Shown here in pieces: positions 61,119-64,000 of a stretch of 64,000 nt of DNA (positions are counted from its first letter, which is position 1; every line of letters starts with the position of its first letter). The position numbers and the translations under genes are program-made. Source of the stretch: Candidatus Latescibacterota bacterium (GTDB taxonomy: Bacteria > Latescibacterota > UBA2968 > GCA-2709665); contig OZ220733.1 of NCBI GenBank assembly GCA_965116875.1, forward strand, positions 4,992,001-5,056,000. Reading direction: 5' to 3'. The notes under the pieces were generated by a model, which saw only the letters and a list, made by a program, of their open reading frames with translations, did no database searches and had not been told where the DNA came from.

Positions 61119-62408
61119 ATGTCGCGCACGATTGTCCTTTTCACCCTCCTCTTCGCCTGCACGAATTCCTCCGTGTACGCCCAGGATGCCACCGGATACG
61201 TCGTCGAACGAATCGAGGTTCGGGGCAATCACAAGACAAAAGCGGACATCATCCTGCGGTCCCTGCCCATCCACAAGGGTGACCGGCTGACGCCCGGAAG
61301 ACTGGACGCCAGCCGCGAATCTCTCTACCGCACCCGCCTCTTCCGCACGGTACACGTCGCGCCAAAACCCGGCACCGAACAGGGCAAGGCGGTGCTGGTC
61401 GTCTACGTCGACGAGAAGCGATTCGGCGACGTCGGCGTCAGCTTCGAATATACGGAACTGGATGGTTTCGGGCTTGCCGCCGACGCCTATCATGTCAACC
61501 TCGGCGGAGAAGGCAAGACCGTAGGCGTGGAGTATTCGCACGGCGAGCGCCTGCAGCGCTTCGGTTTCCGCTATACCGACCCCTGGCTTACCAGCGGGTG
61601 TACGTCGCTTCACGTGAAAGCCCTCTTTTCAAGGGCCGACCGCGATATGTACCGCAGTCCCGACCCACAGAAGCGCGGCCTGTACGACGTGGACAGAATT
61701 GGCGGCGCGGTGGGCCTCGGAAAGCCCATCGGCGAGAAATACCGGCTGGTGGCCCGTTATGCCCTCGACGAGATTCGCATCAACGACTTCGACGAGCCGG
61801 AGGTTTTCATATCCGGCCCGGAATTCACCCGTGAAATCAGCTCGGCACTGGGCCGAACGCCAATTTCCACCCTGGGAATCGAACTCTACAGGCAGCCCGC
61901 CTCCAGGTTCTGGGGCGGCGCGGCGGGATTCGATCTCAACTTCCGACTGGACTTCGCCCCCGGCGCCCTGGGCACCAACGCGAGTTACCTCCGGTCCCGG
62001 GTGGAGGCCTATCGCCATTTTGCCACCCTGCCCGGTCAGACCCTCAGCGTGGGCGGAAGGGCGGGGCTGATCATGGGGTCGCCGCCCTTTTTCGAGCGGT
62101 TTTACCTGGATGGCGAGAATCAGCTCAGGGGGTTCGAACGACGTGCGATCGGCCCCGAGGGCGGCACGGAGTTTGTTTCAATCGAAGGTGTCTATGCGAT
62201 TGCGACCCGACCGATCGGCAGGCTCTACTGCTTTGCCGAGTGGGCCGCCATACGCAGGCCGGTCGCGGCATTTCATCGAAGAGATTCGAATGGCACCTAT
62301 GGAATCGGCGCGCTGCTGTTCAACCGGGTCGACATCAGCTACGGCTTGAAAAGGGGCACGCTAATCGTAAAATTCCACCGGTTCGGCGGTATCAATCTGG
62401 GCCTGTGA
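61119..62408 (+). CDS. Omp85/BamA-family protein with a single POTRA domain
   Basis: Signal peptide, IEVRGNHKTK POTRA, ERFYLDGENQLRGF loop motif; GGAGG RBS. Confidence 0.8.
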   Translation: MSRTIVLFTLLFACTNSSVYAQDATGYVVERIEVRGNHKTKADIILRSLPIHKGDRLTPGRLDASRESLYRTRLFRTVHVAPKPGTEQGKAVLVVYVDEKRFGDVGVSFEYTELDGFGLAADAYHVNLGGEGKTVGVEYSHGERLQRFGFRYTDPWLTSGCTSLHVKALFSRADRDMYRSPDPQKRGLYDVDRIGGAVGLGKPIGEKYRLVARYALDEIRINDFDEPEVFISGPEFTREISSALGRTPISTLGIELYRQPASRFWGGAAGFDLNFRLDFAPGALGTNASYLRSRVEAYRHFATLPGQTLSVGGRAGLIMGSPPFFERFYLDGENQLRGFERRAIGPEGGTEFVSIEGVYAIATRPIGRLYCFAEWAAIRRPVAAFHRRDSNGTYGIGALLFNRVDISYGLKRGTLIVKFHRFGGINLGL

Positions 62409-62537
62409 GTCAGTGGGAGCGCCTTTGCAACGCCGACAGATCGGTCGAGTCCGGCCCCGTGGACATGTCACCATCCGGCGATGCTTCCACCACGGCCCCC
62501 GTTATCCCAACCGCTGAATACTCACCAATCTCCTGAA

Positions 62538-63164
62538 ATGCATACCAATCGAGGCAAAGCGGAGGCGTCCGGGCGAACTGTCAGCATTTGCGCTTGCCTC
62601 TTTTTTTTTGTGTTATCCCAGGGTGGTGCCGACGCCCGCGGCGTCGCCGTCGCCGCGCAGAAGGTCTACCTGCAGGCCGACACGCTGAAGCTGAATATAG
62701 AACTGGATTCTCTCTTCTCCAGGCGCGCCATGGATGCCATCGCATCCGGCCTGATCACATCGGTGGTCATGGAGTTCCGGCTGGATTCGGGCCGGCAGTC
62801 GAAAGCGCTGGAGTACACACTCGGCATGCGGCTCGATCACGACATCTGGGAGGGCCGGTACCGGGTGGTGCGCGATACCGGCCGACCGGACACCCTTCAG
62901 ACTGCCCATTTCGACACGGTCAGGACGTTCTGCTCGGTGCACCGGGGGCTCCCGCTTGGGCCGCTTCCCGACGGACGGAACTTCAAGCTCAGCCTCCGCA
63001 TTGGCGTGACACCCATTTCCGTTGAGCAGGAGCAGCGTTCACGCCGCTGGCTCAACGTCCTGCAGAAGGGAAGCCTGCTGGAGCTCTTCATCTCACTGGA
63101 CCGGCCCACGGAACGAACGCCATGGATCGAAGTCAGCCAATTCTCGCCGGAGGATCTGCAATGA
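62538..63164 (+). CDS. DUF4390-like exported protein
   Basis: DAIASG, LDHDIWEGRYRV pattern; stop overlaps the kinase start (ATGA). Confidence 0.6.
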   Translation: MHTNRGKAEASGRTVSICACLFFFVLSQGGADARGVAVAAQKVYLQADTLKLNIELDSLFSRRAMDAIASGLITSVVMEFRLDSGRQSKALEYTLGMRLDHDIWEGRYRVVRDTGRPDTLQTAHFDTVRTFCSVHRGLPLGPLPDGRNFKLSLRIGVTPISVEQEQRSRRWLNVLQKGSLLELFISLDRPTERTPWIEVSQFSPEDLQ

Positions 63165-64000
63165 GATCCCTACCCTTGCGATGGCGCATCATTATCGCCC
63201 TCATCGCGCTCACCCTGGGCACGACGCTGGCATTGTCCCTGCTGGCGCAACACTTCCTGGAATCCGGCCTGCAACTCCAGGACAACATCAGCGCAAGCAC
63301 CAGCCGGGCGTTGAACGACGCGGTGGGACTGGCAAGAAGCCACTACGAAGACCGGAAAGCGGCGCTCAGCGATATCGGGAACCGCCTTTTCCGGTCGCCC
63401 CTGCCGGCGGAAGCCGTCCGTACGCAAGACCTCCAGCCCATCCGCGATCTGCTGGACAGGCACGAGTTGGGCGACGCACAGCTCCGATTCGCGGAGGCGG
63501 CGGAAATCGCGTCGCTGGACCGGCAGGGTCCTCCTTCCGGTCCCGTCGTGCGCAGGGCGGGCGAACGCGACGCATCGCTGGAGATGTTCGTGCCCGTACG
63601 CCGGCATGGATCCTCGGCCGCGGCCCTCGTTATCACGAGTCCCATGGTCGAACTCAACAACGTCGAACAGGCGGTCCAGGCCCATCAGTACCTGCGGATG
63701 ATCGGAAGCGACCTCAGGGGCGAGTTTTTCTTCTATTTCCTGATTGCGACCATCGTACTGCTTCTGCTCGCCTGCCTGATGGGCGTGCGCATCGGCTTCG
63801 GCGTTACGCATCCGCTGGATGAACTCGTCAAAGGAACCCGCGAACTCGCCAAGGACAATCTGGACTACCGTATTCCTGCCGGACGGGACGACGAAATCGG
63901 GCTGCTGATCTATTCCTTCAATCGGATGGCGGAAGACCTGACCCAGAACCGCCGGCAGCGTCTCGAGGCCGAAAAAATCGCTGCCTGGCGTGAGATCGCC
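63161..64000 (+). CDS. NtrY-like HAMP sensor histidine kinase (3' truncated by window; absent from ORF track)
   Basis: Translated by hand: MRSLPLRWRIIIAL..., two TMs, HAMP PLDELVKGT...DEIGLLIYSFNRM, then EKIAAWREIA leading into the H-box. Confidence 0.88.
   Translation, partial: MRSLPLRWRIIIALIALTLGTTLALSLLAQHFLESGLQLQDNISASTSRALNDAVGLARSHYEDRKAALSDIGNRLFRSPLPAEAVRTQDLQPIRDLLDRHELGDAQLRFAEAAEIASLDRQGPPSGPVVRRAGERDASLEMFVPVRRHGSSAAALVITSPMVELNNVEQAVQAHQYLRMIGSDLRGEFFFYFLIATIVLLLLACLMGVRIGFGVTHPLDELVKGTRELAKDNLDYRIPAGRDDEIGLLIYSFNRMAEDLTQNRRQRLEAEKIAAWREIA

Overview
A GC-rich bacterial chromosomal segment. Gene content and the WD40/dockerin-type surface protein suggest an FCB-group-like lineage such as Latescibacterota or a relative, possibly host-associated; this is inference only. 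Positions 1-43.5 kb are mostly housekeeping and catabolic genes: the leuB end, cimA, aminotransferases, argJ, accA, comEC, truA, htrA, pssA, tatA, gatAB, a K+ channel, a TPR / large membrane protein / M28-like-FtsX fusion locus, a SpeD-SpeE fusion, aldolases, a LarA-like protein, tandem amidohydrolases and a 2-phosphoglycerate-kinase-like protein. Positions 43.5-51 kb are an accessory zone with repeats, IS21-like ends, an Rpn/DUF4351-like remnant, a self-contained small ORF unit, and a 5.2-kb cassette. That cassette carries a sigma54-driven metallopeptidase-WD40 protein and is bracketed by a duplication of the 3' end of the neighbouring Ldh-family gene. Positions 52-64 kb hold two sigma54 activators, lutBC-like genes and a sigma54-driven Omp85 / DUF4390-like / NtrY-like operon. 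The most notable unannotated signal lies in the gene-free gap between convergent accA and comEC: a near-consensus sigma70 promoter with an IHF site, followed by about 440 nt of extensively base-paired sequence whose G-U pairs all favour the + strand. This is a candidate large structured ncRNA. All calls come from reading sequence and motifs by eye; no searches were run.
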